64,000 bases of DNA from Desulfocapsa sp. Lineage in GTDB: Bacteria; Desulfobacterota; Desulfobulbia; Desulfobulbales; Desulfocapsaceae. The notes beneath the pieces are model-generated. The model searched no databases. It was not told the origin of the DNA and saw nothing but the letters and a program-made list of their open reading frames with translations. Positions 21,440 through 31,770 of the stretch are shown piece after piece. Where the stretch lies: assembly GCA_021737265.1 (NCBI GenBank), contig JAIPEF010000001.1, positions 5,416-69,415 of the forward strand, written 5' to 3'. The position numbers and the translations under genes are program-made. Every line of letters begins with the position of its first letter. The first letter of the stretch is position 1.

Positions 21440-22885
21440 CTACGGCACAAAAAAACAATACGGATCTTTATCACGCGTAATATCCAGACCGCTGGACTGG
21501 ATCACCGCCTGACAGCCACCGCAGACCGGACGGATTTTACAGCCCCGGCACTCTTTCGGTCCCAAGCGGTAGCGTTCTGCTGCTTCAGAGTGATAGAGCT
21601 CAAGAAAGGAAGCGTCCAGGACATTGCCTATGGGCGACTGAAACTTGCGGCAGGCATGGAGATCACCATTTGGCAGCAGAGACCAGAAGTTGAAGGCAGC
21701 CCCACAGCCAAATCCGGTACAGCCGCCAAAAGGTTTGGCCTGCTGCTCAAGCCTGATGATATTGATCAGGTTATCTTTCAGGCTCATTGTGGGATTGGAT
21801 TTCGCGGCCTCGAGATAGTCTGATAAAAATGTCCGGAACTTTTCCTTTTCCACTGCAGCCAGACCTGCCCCCTCCCCGGTCTGGGAGAGACGATTAAAAG
21901 TAAAGAGATCAACTTTATCCCGCAGAATTTCACCCAGTTCCAGAACCTGGCCCATGTTTTCCCGGGTCAGGGTAAGCATCACCATGGAGTAGATGGAAAG
22001 ATCTTTCAGGATCTCCAGAAACTCCATAATCCGTTGAAAATGGCCCTCTCCCCTGATGGAATCGTTGTGCTCAGGCAAGCCCTCAAGACTCACCTGATAA
22101 AACGAGAGGGGTTGGATCTGCTGCAAAGATTTAATGACTTCCCGGGACGTTGGGTTACCCAGGATTGCAATATTGAAATTGCGCTTTTCCGCTTCCTTAT
22201 ACAGCTCCTCAAAATGCGCATAGAGCAGAGGGTTGCCACCGGTAAAGGTCACCTGTCCATGCACCCTCTCTTCAAGGACAAACTCCCGAAACTGATCCAG
22301 AATCGTTACCCCCTGTTCCAGGGTGAGTGGTGAAATCGTCGATCTGTCATAGCAGTGCTTGCAATGCAGATCGCAAGCCTGGGTTACATGCCACTGCAGG
22401 GTAAAGTGATCAGATTTCAGGTAAGGCTGCCAACCCGCTATTCCTTCATCGGGAAAGTGGGCCCCGGTGCGCACAATCTTCGAAGGCGGGCCAAGCAACA
22501 GCCCCTCTTTACAGGCCTTTTCAATGGCTGCATCCACCTTTCCCACGGCCACCTCTGCCTCATCAGCCACAGCCTGCCGATCCAGGTTTTCGGCCAGCAC
22601 CTTCAGGGCCAGCAACTGATGATAGCGCGCCGGATAGTAGCACATTTTACCATCACCGGGACGTTTAAAGAGGAGAACGAGTTCCTGCCCCTGTAAGGGG
22701 ACAGGGGCTGTTTCTTTATCACGGACAACAGCGCAGAGATTTCTCCAATCAAGGGCCATAAGCGTAAGACTTGGATTAATGGTCAGTGCTTCATTCTCTT
22801 TGGAAAGATCCGGAACAGGCATGTCCCGTAACTCCTGCAACGCGTATTCAAGACGCGCCAGATCACTTTCCCAATTGTTTTCCAT
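21440..22885 (-). CDS. Radical SAM/SPASM peptide maturase, selenobiotic (SbtM-like) family
   Basis: FTLQWHVTQACDLHCKHCYDRS (CxxxCxxC), TGGNP, GGCTGFGCGAAFNF, and SPASM CxxCxxxxxCGGC...DPYC. Confidence 0.8.
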   Translation of the reverse strand: MENNWESDLARLEYALQELRDMPVPDLSKENEALTINPSLTLMALDWRNLCAVVRDKETAPVPLQGQELVLLFKRPGDGKMCYYPARYHQLLALKVLAENLDRQAVADEAEVAVGKVDAAIEKACKEGLLLGPPSKIVRTGAHFPDEGIAGWQPYLKSDHFTLQWHVTQACDLHCKHCYDRSTISPLTLEQGVTILDQFREFVLEERVHGQVTFTGGNPLLYAHFEELYKEAEKRNFNIAILGNPTSREVIKSLQQIQPLSFYQVSLEGLPEHNDSIRGEGHFQRIMEFLEILKDLSIYSMVMLTLTRENMGQVLELGEILRDKVDLFTFNRLSQTGEGAGLAAVEKEKFRTFLSDYLEAAKSNPTMSLKDNLINIIRLEQQAKPFGGCTGFGCGAAFNFWSLLPNGDLHACRKFQSPIGNVLDASFLELYHSEAAERYRLGPKECRGCKIRPVCGGCQAVIQSSGLDITRDKDPYCFFVP

Positions 22886-22948
22886 TCATTCACCGTATGC
22901 TTTCAATTTGTATAGCTTTTAATACTTCCCCGCCACAAGTGCTCAATT

Positions 22949-23830
22949 CTACTCCGACACCAATATACAGGGAACTGGTTTTTTTCCATCCCAGTTAAAA
23001 CAGATTTCACCATCTCTATCGGTTCTTAATACCTTTTCACTATGGCGGATCAGGACAGCCATGCTCTCGGCAGACGGATATCCGTTTGGGTTGTCCCGAC
23101 CCACAGAGACAAGCGAAACCGATGGGCGCAGAAGGCTGAGAAAATCCGGGTCCGTACTGTCCGCTGCCGCGTGATGGGCAGCCACATAGAAATCAATACC
23201 GGATTTTTGCAGGAATGGCCACAGTGGTGGTATCAGCTTCCGCTCCACTGTTCTATCCACATCGCCCATAATCAACAGCTGCCCTCCCTGCTTGCTGGTA
23301 AACAGCAATACCAGGGAAGTCTGGTTGAGATTTGGCTGCTGTGAATGTACCGGCCACAAGACCTGCAGTTGGTGACCGCGCCACTGCAGAGTATCTCCAG
23401 CAGCGAGACATGTCTGTAAGGGATCTCTCTCCAATACAGCCTGAAGCATAAAAAACATCTGTTTTTCATTGGGAAGTAACTCTTCAGGAGCTGAACAGGT
23501 GGTCAACACAAAGCTATCAGGCCATGCTGCTCTGACTTGAGAATATCCGGCAGCATGATCCCGGTGAAGGTGGCTGAGAAGGAGATAATCCAGACTGCGT
23601 ACTCCATGGAACTTCATGCGCGCCAGCACGTGTTCCCCATATTCGGCAAGGCCGGTGTCCAGCAACAGACCATGCCCATTCTCCACCAGGAGAATACTCT
23701 GCCCCATCCCCACATCAAGGGTCACCAGTCGCAAATCTGTCGCCTGCGCCATTCCAATAGAGCAAAAAAGAGCCATCAACACCCAGAGACAAAACAGTCT
23801 TGTCCTCTGCTGCCTGCAATCACTGCTCAT
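22949..23830 (-). CDS. ComEC/Rec2-type metallo-beta-lactamase fold hydrolase, exported
   Basis: DVGMG, SHLHRDH, MGD, HH, SVG..NPNGYP and RTD..G; TAATG coupling to the upstream gene. Confidence 0.85.
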   Translation of the reverse strand: MSSDCRQQRTRLFCLWVLMALFCSIGMAQATDLRLVTLDVGMGQSILLVENGHGLLLDTGLAEYGEHVLARMKFHGVRSLDYLLLSHLHRDHAAGYSQVRAAWPDSFVLTTCSAPEELLPNEKQMFFMLQAVLERDPLQTCLAAGDTLQWRGHQLQVLWPVHSQQPNLNQTSLVLLFTSKQGGQLLIMGDVDRTVERKLIPPLWPFLQKSGIDFYVAAHHAAADSTDPDFLSLLRPSVSLVSVGRDNPNGYPSAESMAVLIRHSEKVLRTDRDGEICFNWDGKKPVPCILVSE

Positions 23831-24342
23831 TACTGGTCGGGACTCCAAGCCGGCTGACTGTTCCTGCTGCCAAAAAGGAGGAAGGCAAGCAGCATTCCAA
23901 GGGAGGCGGAGAAGAGATTCAACCAGACATCACGCCAGTCTCCCACTCTGGCAACAAGAAAATGCTGCAATAATTCATCAAGACCTGCAACGGCAACACA
24001 GAAAAGAACCGCCATTTTCTGCTCAAAAATCTTTTGGGAGAGGAACCCGAACATCCCGAAAAGGGCCACATGGATCTTTTCCACAAATGGCAGATGGGCA
24101 TAGAGAATAAGAGACAGGGCAGCAACCCAGATCAAGTGATAACAATAGGGATCCAGGCCGGATCTGACTAAGGTAACAAGAAAAACAACCAGTACCACGC
24201 TTAGGGTCACACCCAGGTAAAGGGTCAGTATCTCCGTGGAGAATTGCTTGATGATAGTCAACTGCAGAGGACGACCATAAAAAGAAAGCAGAGGAATACA
24301 AAGCAACGACAACAACCAGACAGCAATCAGCTTATCTTTCAT
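23830..24342 (-). CDS. VanZ-like membrane protein
   Basis: EKIH, DELLQ..L..R.GDWRDV..N; multiple TM helices. Confidence 0.75.
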   Translation of the reverse strand: MKDKLIAVWLLSLLCIPLLSFYGRPLQLTIIKQFSTEILTLYLGVTLSVVLVVFLVTLVRSGLDPYCYHLIWVAALSLILYAHLPFVEKIHVALFGMFGFLSQKIFEQKMAVLFCVAVAGLDELLQHFLVARVGDWRDVWLNLFSASLGMLLAFLLFGSRNSQPAWSPDQ

Positions 24343-24468
24343 ATCTTCTCCGGCCGGCAGTCAATCATCATGCCATTCTGACATTATATCCGGAATGATG
24401 TCAAGACCTGAGACAATTTATATGGTACTATTCCCTCGTAACGTATGATGAAACCATAACATAACAGA

Positions 24469-25491
24469 ATGCCACCCATGAATGATCAGAAGAAACATAA
24501 CCCCTCTCAACCCTTTCCGCATCTTGGCCCGGAAAGGGTACTGAATCTTGTTGAAAAAGCTATTGATAGTCGCTGCACCAATCTCTGCAGACAGCTAAGC
24601 AGCTATATCAACCGTGTTTTCGAGATCGAAACCGCAGATGGCAGAGGTCTGGTGGTAAAATTTTATCGTCCGGGCCGCTGGTCAAAGAATGCTTTACTGG
24701 ATGAGCACGAATTCCTCCTTGAACTTGACCACCAGGAGATTCCGGTGATCCCGCCAATGATGCTCAGTAATGGTGAGACTCTTGGCAGTTACGGCAACCT
24801 CTTTTTCAGTGTCTTCCCACGTTGCGGTGGACGCAGCTCCGATGAATTCAGCGAGGAGCAGTGGCTGGAAATTGGTCGTCTACTGGCGCGCTGCCATGCT
24901 GTCGGGGCTGTTCATGCCTCCCGCGACCGGATACAGATGCTGCCGGATCACTCCACAGCAGAGCAGGTTCGCTTTATCCTGGAAAGCGGCGTTATTGGGC
25001 ATGAGCAGGTGGCCTCCCGCTTCTCCTCCCTGTGCAGGGAATTTATTGACGAAATAACACCACTGTTCCAGGGAGTAACGGTGAGCAGAATTCACGGTGA
25101 CTGCCATTTCTCCAATATCATCTATCGCCCGGGAGAATCCTTTTACATCATTGACTTTGATGATATGGCCATGGGACCGCCAGTCCAGGATCTCTGGATG
25201 CTCCTTCCCGGAACTCCACGCGAATCACTGCTCGAAATTGACTTTTTTCTGGAGGGCTACGAGACCTTCCACCATTTTGACAGGCGAAGTTTTCGCCTTA
25301 TTGAACCCCTGCGTGGCATGCGTTTTCTTCACTATATTGCCTGGCTTACCCATCAGTATATTGCTGACGGATCTGCCCCCATCATCACCGGCTTCGGGTC
25401 AGCGGAATATTGGGAAACTGAAATCGCTGATCTGGAAGACCAGCTCAAGCGGATACGGAAAGGCGATGGAGAGCTTGCGAATCTGATATAA
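24469..25491 (+). CDS. srkA: Stress response kinase SrkA/RdoA (YihE)
   Basis: SYINRV, VVKFYRPGRWS, IHGDCH..N, DFDD and GPPVQDLWMLL. Confidence 0.9.
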   Translation: MPPMNDQKKHNPSQPFPHLGPERVLNLVEKAIDSRCTNLCRQLSSYINRVFEIETADGRGLVVKFYRPGRWSKNALLDEHEFLLELDHQEIPVIPPMMLSNGETLGSYGNLFFSVFPRCGGRSSDEFSEEQWLEIGRLLARCHAVGAVHASRDRIQMLPDHSTAEQVRFILESGVIGHEQVASRFSSLCREFIDEITPLFQGVTVSRIHGDCHFSNIIYRPGESFYIIDFDDMAMGPPVQDLWMLLPGTPRESLLEIDFFLEGYETFHHFDRRSFRLIEPLRGMRFLHYIAWLTHQYIADGSAPIITGFGSAEYWETEIADLEDQLKRIRKGDGELANLI

Positions 25492-25657
25492 TTTCAGCCT
25501 CCTGAGGAACCTCCCCAAACTGCTTTTATGTATCTTCCTGGGAGACTTTAGAAGCGTTACGCAAAAATTACTCTTTTATGTATTTTTGATTGGCATTACA
25601 GGCGTCTCTAGGCTACAACAGTAGCTAGAATTCAGATTTCAACTCCCTGGGAGAAAT

Positions 25658-26380
25658 GTGATGCAACCACCTGTAAACAAAAAGAAATACGGCATTCTGC
25701 ACAGTCCCCCCTTAAGAGGCGCTTTGTACAGTGCCCGTATGGGTAACGGTACCTTTACGAAATTCCTTAAAAAAACCAACAATGAAATATCTAAAATACT
25801 GAAATACCTGTCGATTCTCTGCCTGATTACCCTTTGCGCCTGCGCCCAATTCGGAGGGGACACGGATGAAAAACGGTTTCAGTTAAACTCCGATGGAACA
25901 GTGCTGGATACAGAAACAGACCTTATGTGGGCTGCCGCGGCAACCAGTGAAAGTATGACCTGGGCAGAGGCTGAAGAATATTGCACTTCCTTTACCGGCG
26001 CTGAGTACCAGGATTGGCGCCTTCCCAAAAAAGACGAACTGGCTGCACTCTTTAAGGCAGGCATTGGTAAGGATAATGAAATGATCCGAATCAATGGTGA
26101 CCGGGTGTGGGCATCCGAAACAGATGATAATCGTGGTGCCTACTGCAATTTTTTTAGGGGTAACTGTGGCTGGCTTGAAAAAGTAGTGTCTATTTCTCTG
26201 CATGGCCTCCCTGTAAGGAACACTGAGACTACCGCCCCCTCAGTACCACCGGCTGCTCCCATTGCCAATCCGCAAACCGTTGAACAACGACTCCAGGTTC
26301 TTGAACTGCTCTACAAGCAAAAGCTGATCACCAAAGATGAATATGAGAGCAAGAAAGCAGCTATCCTCAAGGAACTTTAA
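25658..26380 (+). CDS. Lipoprotein with DUF1566 (Lcl C-terminal) and SHOCT domains; start uncertain, possible frameshift
   Basis: DGTVLDTETDLMW, WAEA..YC and DWRLP; C-terminal LIT.DEYESKKAAIL; lipobox-like LCAC. Confidence 0.75.
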   Translation: MMQPPVNKKKYGILHSPPLRGALYSARMGNGTFTKFLKKTNNEISKILKYLSILCLITLCACAQFGGDTDEKRFQLNSDGTVLDTETDLMWAAAATSESMTWAEAEEYCTSFTGAEYQDWRLPKKDELAALFKAGIGKDNEMIRINGDRVWASETDDNRGAYCNFFRGNCGWLEKVVSISLHGLPVRNTETTAPSVPPAAPIANPQTVEQRLQVLELLYKQKLITKDEYESKKAAILKEL

Positions 26381-26894
26381 CCCTCCTCTTTCCTCCCCAG
26401 GTTATACAATCCTGACAGCACGCCCAGCTGATGTGGACAGGGCCTTTTCCGACCTGAGCAGAGACATGGACCCGAATTTTGTTCATGTCTTTCTCGATAA
26501 ACTCCAACGTTACGCCGCAAAATCCGACCGGGCCCTTTTTCTGGCCAAGTATCAGGACAGAATCATCGCCTTTGCCACCATCATTGATCAGGCACCGGCT
26601 CCAGACGACTCAGATGAATCAACGGTCAGACTCTTGAAGACTTGCGCTTGTGGCACCGGTCTCATGGTACTTCCAGAATTCCGCCAGCGAGGAATTGCCG
26701 CAACCCTGGTTAACCATTGGGAAAGATGGGCCATTAAAAACAAGATGCAAGGAATCTGGGTTATCAGCCACCGGATGGCTGACTGGTATCAGCGTCACTT
26801 TGCCTACTCCATTTATGGAGTAACAATGCGTCATGGAGTAAAAAAAACAATACTGCTCAAAACTTTTGTCTCTCCAAGCACCCTGAAAGGCTGA
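26337..26894 (+). CDS. GNAT family acetyltransferase (start uncertain)
   Basis: Acetyl-CoA motif A: VLPEFRQRGIA. Confidence 0.75.
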   Translation: MNMRARKQLSSRNFNPPLSSPGYTILTARPADVDRAFSDLSRDMDPNFVHVFLDKLQRYAAKSDRALFLAKYQDRIIAFATIIDQAPAPDDSDESTVRLLKTCACGTGLMVLPEFRQRGIAATLVNHWERWAIKNKMQGIWVISHRMADWYQRHFAYSIYGVTMRHGVKKTILLKTFVSPSTLKG

Positions 26895-27192
26895 ACGCTA
26901 TACACTATACGCTATAGAGTGTATTTGAACATAGTTACGCATCAAAAACTGGAAAAACATCCAACACTCTCTAGAAAATAGCTATATTTAGTTGACACAG
27001 CATGACAAATGCGATAGTACAATAATGAGAAGTAAAAAATTTTGTACGAATTGTTGCGAGCACATCCGGCAATGTACAATGAACAGTTGAAGGTGTTTTA
27101 TTTTTTTTTAACAAGACAGCACGTTAAATACTGATTTCTGCTTTTCAGGAGGGCTGGAGTCATAACAATTAATAGAGGAAGGAGGAAATGAG

Positions 27193-28815
27193 ATGGTAAA
27201 AAAATTTTCCATGTTAGCTCTTGCTGGTCTGATTGCACTACCTGCAGTAGCTTTTGCAAGCGGTGCCGGTGCCGGTGCCGATGCCAATGATCTGGAGCGG
27301 AAGATTGAAGACTTGAGCAGACAACTGCAACAGCTGAAAGCTCAGATGGCAGAAAGTACAGGTGATGGCGTAAATCGCAACGATTTTAATGAGTTGGCCG
27401 ACTCCGTTGGTGACCTTGAAGACCGCTCCGAGAGCTGGGATCTTGCTGCCCGTTTTGCCTTCTACGGTGATTTTCGTTCCCGTCTTGATAACTACCGTGC
27501 CAACTATGCCGACGGAACTCTTGGCAAGAGCGACACCCTCTGGACCAATCGTTTTCGCCTGAATATGCGTGTCAAGGCCACCGAGAATGTTGAGTTTAAA
27601 GGACGCCTTGCCATGTACAAGGCCTGGGGTATGGAATCCACACCGCAAAATCTGGGCGGCGGCTACCCCATATGGGATGGAAACGTCACCCGCCAACCGG
27701 CAGACAATGCCCTCCGCGTTGATCGTGCCTTTGTCAACTGGAACAACATTGGTGGAATTCCAATGTGGTTCTCCATTGGTCGTCGCCCCACCACTGATGG
27801 GCCCCCTGCACAGATTCGTATGGGTTCTGATCAGCGGATGGCTACCCCGATTCTGTACATGGACTGGCCATTTGATGGTATTTCCTTGGGCTATGCCTAC
27901 CGCTGGGGAAGCGAGGCCATGGGAACCGGTCGCATCCGTTTCTGCTATGGCCGTGGATTTGAGGATGGACTTGAGTTCCAGGATGGCATCGGCAACACCA
28001 TGGATGACATGGACTTTGGCGGAATCAGCTGGGATGTCATGAAAAAAGACAACCGTTTTATGAACATCCAGTCTTTCATGGCCTATAATGTCTTTAACTA
28101 TCCTACTTTCGAGAGCGACTTCGTTAATTTCGGAGCCAGTTTCCCACCTGACCAGGGCGGTTTTGGTCCACAGATGAACGTTGGTGATATTCTCCACAAT
28201 TCTGTTGTCTATCTGGACAAAATGGGCCCTGTAAGCTTCTTTGGTGTCGGTGGCTGGTCAAGAACCGATCCCAATGAGAACGGTATGTTTAATGATTATG
28301 CCGGAATGGGCGCTGCCCAGCAGATGGCCGGAATGGGAATGTCTCCACAACAGATCGCAGGTGCTTTAGCGATGCTGGGCCTGGAAGGAACTCCCCACAC
28401 CGACAGTGAAAATGGCTACAACATTTATCTTGGCGGTCGTTATGATATCGATTCCCTTGGCCTGAAATTTGGTGCTGAGTGGAACTACGGCTCTGAATAC
28501 TGGATTGCCATGAACCCTGGTCACGATGATCTGTATCTGAGCAAGCTCGCTGCCCGCGGTCATGTTTTTGAGGTATACGGAATCTATGACCTGCCCACAG
28601 GGGATGCCGTCTCAAAATATGCGTCAACCTTTATTCGCTTTGGTTATCAGCGTTACGAGTATGACTACTCCGGTTCAATGGACTGGAACGCGAAGCCTTA
28701 TGAGCTTGACAACGCGAATGAACTTGGATACCTGAACCAGGTCAATGCTATGACTGGTCGATCCACTGTTGAAAGCGCAGATCAGGTTTACCTGACCTTC
28801 GAGGCATACTTCTAG
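27193..28815 (+). CDS. DUF3373 family outer-membrane protein
   Basis: Signal peptide, coiled coil, GDFRSR, TNRFRLNM and IGRRPTTDGPP; C-terminal YF; strong RBS. Confidence 0.85.
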   Translation: MVKKFSMLALAGLIALPAVAFASGAGAGADANDLERKIEDLSRQLQQLKAQMAESTGDGVNRNDFNELADSVGDLEDRSESWDLAARFAFYGDFRSRLDNYRANYADGTLGKSDTLWTNRFRLNMRVKATENVEFKGRLAMYKAWGMESTPQNLGGGYPIWDGNVTRQPADNALRVDRAFVNWNNIGGIPMWFSIGRRPTTDGPPAQIRMGSDQRMATPILYMDWPFDGISLGYAYRWGSEAMGTGRIRFCYGRGFEDGLEFQDGIGNTMDDMDFGGISWDVMKKDNRFMNIQSFMAYNVFNYPTFESDFVNFGASFPPDQGGFGPQMNVGDILHNSVVYLDKMGPVSFFGVGGWSRTDPNENGMFNDYAGMGAAQQMAGMGMSPQQIAGALAMLGLEGTPHTDSENGYNIYLGGRYDIDSLGLKFGAEWNYGSEYWIAMNPGHDDLYLSKLAARGHVFEVYGIYDLPTGDAVSKYASTFIRFGYQRYEYDYSGSMDWNAKPYELDNANELGYLNQVNAMTGRSTVESADQVYLTFEAYF

Positions 28816-28892
28816 ATCATTATCTGCTTCAAAATCTGCTCTATATTTTGGGGAAGGTTCCATGCGGAATCTTCCCCATTTTTATTTCTTCC

Positions 28893-29645
28893 ATGGTGGA
28901 TCCTCTGCAAATCAACAAAGGCGGTAACAGGCCACGTATAGTTCATAGCGACAGGCACGGTGGAGTAAGCCGCCCGCCTTTTCACTCCCTGAACCTCAGT
29001 TATGGAGTGGGCGATGATGTGGCTTCTGTCACTGAAAACCGTAACCGCTTCAAGAGCCAATTATCAGTCAGCCACCTCCTTTCTGCAAAACAGGTACATG
29101 GAGATTCCCTCTTCATTGCAGAAAAACCTCTGCAGGAAGACCTTGAAGTTGAAAACGTTGATGCGTTATTAACTGACCAGGCAGATATCGGACTTATGAT
29201 TCAGCAGGCCGACTGTCAGGCAGTGACACTTTTTGATCCTGATCATCCTGCAATTGCTGCCATTCATTGTGGCTGGAAGAGCAGTGTCCTCAATATTCTT
29301 CGTAAAACCGTGGAGGCCATGACGGTTCAATATGGCTCACAACCATCCACTCTACTGGCAACCATCAGTCCTTCCCTGGGCCCCTGCTGTGCTCAATTTA
29401 TTCATCACGCCCAGGAACTTCCCTCCTCATTCCTTGCCTTTCAAAGAAAAGAGAACTATTTTGATTTCCGGCAGATTTCGAAGATGCAGCTGATTGAGGC
29501 CGGCCTTGATGCGACCAATATTGAGATAGCGGGTCAATGTACCTCCTGTACAGCTGATTATTTTTCCTATCGCCGCGCTTGCCGTCAGGGCGAAGGCAGA
29601 ACCGGGCGCTGTGCCACGGGAATTGCTCTCGTAACAGCCAATTAA
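28893..29645 (+). CDS. pgeF: PgeF/YfiH (laccase-domain) protein
   Basis: SLNL, QVHG, ADC, HCGWK and CT...FSYRR. Confidence 0.88.
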   Translation: MVDPLQINKGGNRPRIVHSDRHGGVSRPPFHSLNLSYGVGDDVASVTENRNRFKSQLSVSHLLSAKQVHGDSLFIAEKPLQEDLEVENVDALLTDQADIGLMIQQADCQAVTLFDPDHPAIAAIHCGWKSSVLNILRKTVEAMTVQYGSQPSTLLATISPSLGPCCAQFIHHAQELPSSFLAFQRKENYFDFRQISKMQLIEAGLDATNIEIAGQCTSCTADYFSYRRACRQGEGRTGRCATGIALVTAN

Positions 29646-29670
29646 AAATCAAACCAGGCTCCCTTGCAAC

Positions 29671-30345
29671 ATGCGCATACTTATTGTTGAAGATGACAAA
29701 AAAATAGCATCTTTCCTTGAAAAAGGACTCCACGAGGCAGGTTTCAGTATTGATGTCTGCCACGACGGTCTCGAGGGCCTTTCCCTTGCCCTGTCCGAGC
29801 CATATGGAGTCGCAGTGGTCGATATCATGCTTCCCGGACTCGACGGCCTCAGTCTGATCGAAAAAATTAGGGATCACAGCATAGAGACCCCGGTGCTAAT
29901 CCTCAGCGCCAGGCAATCTGTCGATGACCGTATCGAAGGCCTTCAACGGGGAGGGGATGACTACATGATCAAGCCCTTTTCCTTTAACGAGTTACTGGCT
30001 CGTATCCAGGCCCTCCTCCGCCGTGGTCAAAAGAGCAGCGAATCAACAACTCTCACAGTTGGCGATCTGGAGCTTGACCCTTTACAGCGTGAAGTCAGGA
30101 GGGAAGGGGAAAAAATTGAACTGCCCGCCAAAGAGTATGCCCTGCTTGAACTGCTCATGCGTAACCCGGGCCGTGTGCTTGCCAAGACCTCTATTCTGGA
30201 ACGGATCTATGAATACAGTTTTGACCCGCAGACCAATGTGGTCGATGTCCTCGTCTGTCGCCTGCGAAACAAGATAGATAAAGATTACCCAAAGAAACTC
30301 ATCCACACGGTTCGAGGCATGGGCTATGTCCTACGCGTCGAATAA
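29671..30345 (+). CDS. OmpR/CusR-type response regulator
   Basis: Receiver domain (VEDD, D, KPF) and winged helix (NVVDV...LRNKID, HTVRGMGY). Confidence 0.95.
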   Translation: MRILIVEDDKKIASFLEKGLHEAGFSIDVCHDGLEGLSLALSEPYGVAVVDIMLPGLDGLSLIEKIRDHSIETPVLILSARQSVDDRIEGLQRGGDDYMIKPFSFNELLARIQALLRRGQKSSESTTLTVGDLELDPLQREVRREGEKIELPAKEYALLELLMRNPGRVLAKTSILERIYEYSFDPQTNVVDVLVCRLRNKIDKDYPKKLIHTVRGMGYVLRVE

Positions 30346-31723
30346 GCTTCTGTTCCCATATTCCAGAAAGGGAAGGCTCGTTTTCTTCTTCAGCATCTTC
30401 TGGTTCCTCAGTGGCAGCTTCCTCTTTCTTCATACCCTTATCCTGAAAAACCACATCCAGGAACAACAAATCCAGACAGCTGAACGAGCACTGCGCACCT
30501 ACTTTGAGCACAACGGTGGAGTTTCTGGCACCCACCTCAGTCTCCAGAATGACCTGCCTTACCAACTTGATTTTATTCGCCTTGTCAGTGGCAAGGATCA
30601 GCTCCTCATCACTGGAAACAGTCGCATGGATTTCAGCGGCCTGGTCGAGCTGAATCCCCTCGAACAGGGGGCATGGATTGATCTGAAGCGACCGAAAAAA
30701 CAGGGGAACTGGCTTCTCGTTTCTCAAACACTTGCCAACGGCAGTATCGCCCAAGCCGGAAAAAATGACAGTGGCAGCGGACTTGCAATCTATAAGAAAT
30801 CAGTTACAGATGCATACTGGTTTTTCATACTCAGCGGAGTGATTGCCCTCGGGCTCGCTTTTCTCTCCGCCTCTCTCATACGCTACCCCCTACGACAGCT
30901 GGAAAGTGATATCGAGAAGGGTCTGAAGCAAAAATCGCTGCTCTTTCAGGAAAGCAGAGAACAATTAGACGACCTTGCCCCCCTGTACCACCTCCTGGAA
31001 CAGATTTTTTTTCAGAATCGTCAACTTATCCAGGAGATACAGTCTTCCCTGGATAATGTCGCCCATGATCTCAGAACCCCGATGACCAGACTGCGGGCAG
31101 TGGCCGAGTATGCCCTGCAATCGGACAGGAATGAGCCGCAACTCTATCGCAGTGCCCTTTCCGACTGCCTGGAAGAATCGGAGCGGGTGCTGTCCATGCT
31201 CAAGGTCATGATGAGCGTTGCTGAAGCGGAGGCGGGCACCATGCGCCTGGAGCTGCAGGAGATCGATGTTCTCAAGACTCTGGAAGATGTGGTGGGACTT
31301 TACCAGTACGTGGCAGAAGAGGAACAGATCACCGTGTCCTGCACAGGAGAGAGTGGAGTCCTCGTTCAAGCTGACAAAACAAGGATCAGCCAAGTCTGGG
31401 CCAATCTTCTCGACAACGGAATCAAATATGGTCACGAATCCGGAAATGTCACAATTACGGCGGAAAGGGACAACGGAGAGGCTGTTATTCGTTTTTATGA
31501 TGATGGGATGGGGATATCGGAAACTGAAATCAACCGGATATGGGATCGCCTCTATCGTGGCGATCGCAGCCGGACAAAACAGGGTCTGGGGCTGGGCTTA
31601 AATTTTGTCAAGGCTGTGATCGAGGCCCACGGAGGGCGGGTTTTGGTGACGAGCAGTCTCCAGGAAGGATCATGCTTTGATGTTCGCCTGCCTTTGCATC
31701 ACGGCGCAACACAGAAGTCATAG
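30326..31723 (+). CDS. Membrane sensor histidine kinase
   Basis: Two TM helices; AHDLRTP, NLLDNGIKY, DDGMG and GLGL. Confidence 0.93.
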   Translation: MSYASNKLLFPYSRKGRLVFFFSIFWFLSGSFLFLHTLILKNHIQEQQIQTAERALRTYFEHNGGVSGTHLSLQNDLPYQLDFIRLVSGKDQLLITGNSRMDFSGLVELNPLEQGAWIDLKRPKKQGNWLLVSQTLANGSIAQAGKNDSGSGLAIYKKSVTDAYWFFILSGVIALGLAFLSASLIRYPLRQLESDIEKGLKQKSLLFQESREQLDDLAPLYHLLEQIFFQNRQLIQEIQSSLDNVAHDLRTPMTRLRAVAEYALQSDRNEPQLYRSALSDCLEESERVLSMLKVMMSVAEAEAGTMRLELQEIDVLKTLEDVVGLYQYVAEEEQITVSCTGESGVLVQADKTRISQVWANLLDNGIKYGHESGNVTITAERDNGEAVIRFYDDGMGISETEINRIWDRLYRGDRSRTKQGLGLGLNFVKAVIEAHGGRVLVTSSLQEGSCFDVRLPLHHGATQKS

Positions 31724-31770
31724 TTATCCTTCTCGAAGGATGACTAAAAAGAGTACCCTTTAGAAAAACC

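Noticed and set aside
21300-21440. 29-codon minus-strand ORF (MELGRHCTG...) as the radical SAM precursor
   Set aside because: No RBS, no hydrophobic leader and no Ser/Gly/Cys/Sec-rich core
22883-22950. In-frame TGA immediately before the radical SAM start as selenocysteine
   Set aside because: The upstream frame closes with TAA after about ten codons and has no convincing start or SECIS
27238-28197. 319-aa minus-strand ORF
   Set aside because: Antisense shadow of the DUF3373 gene
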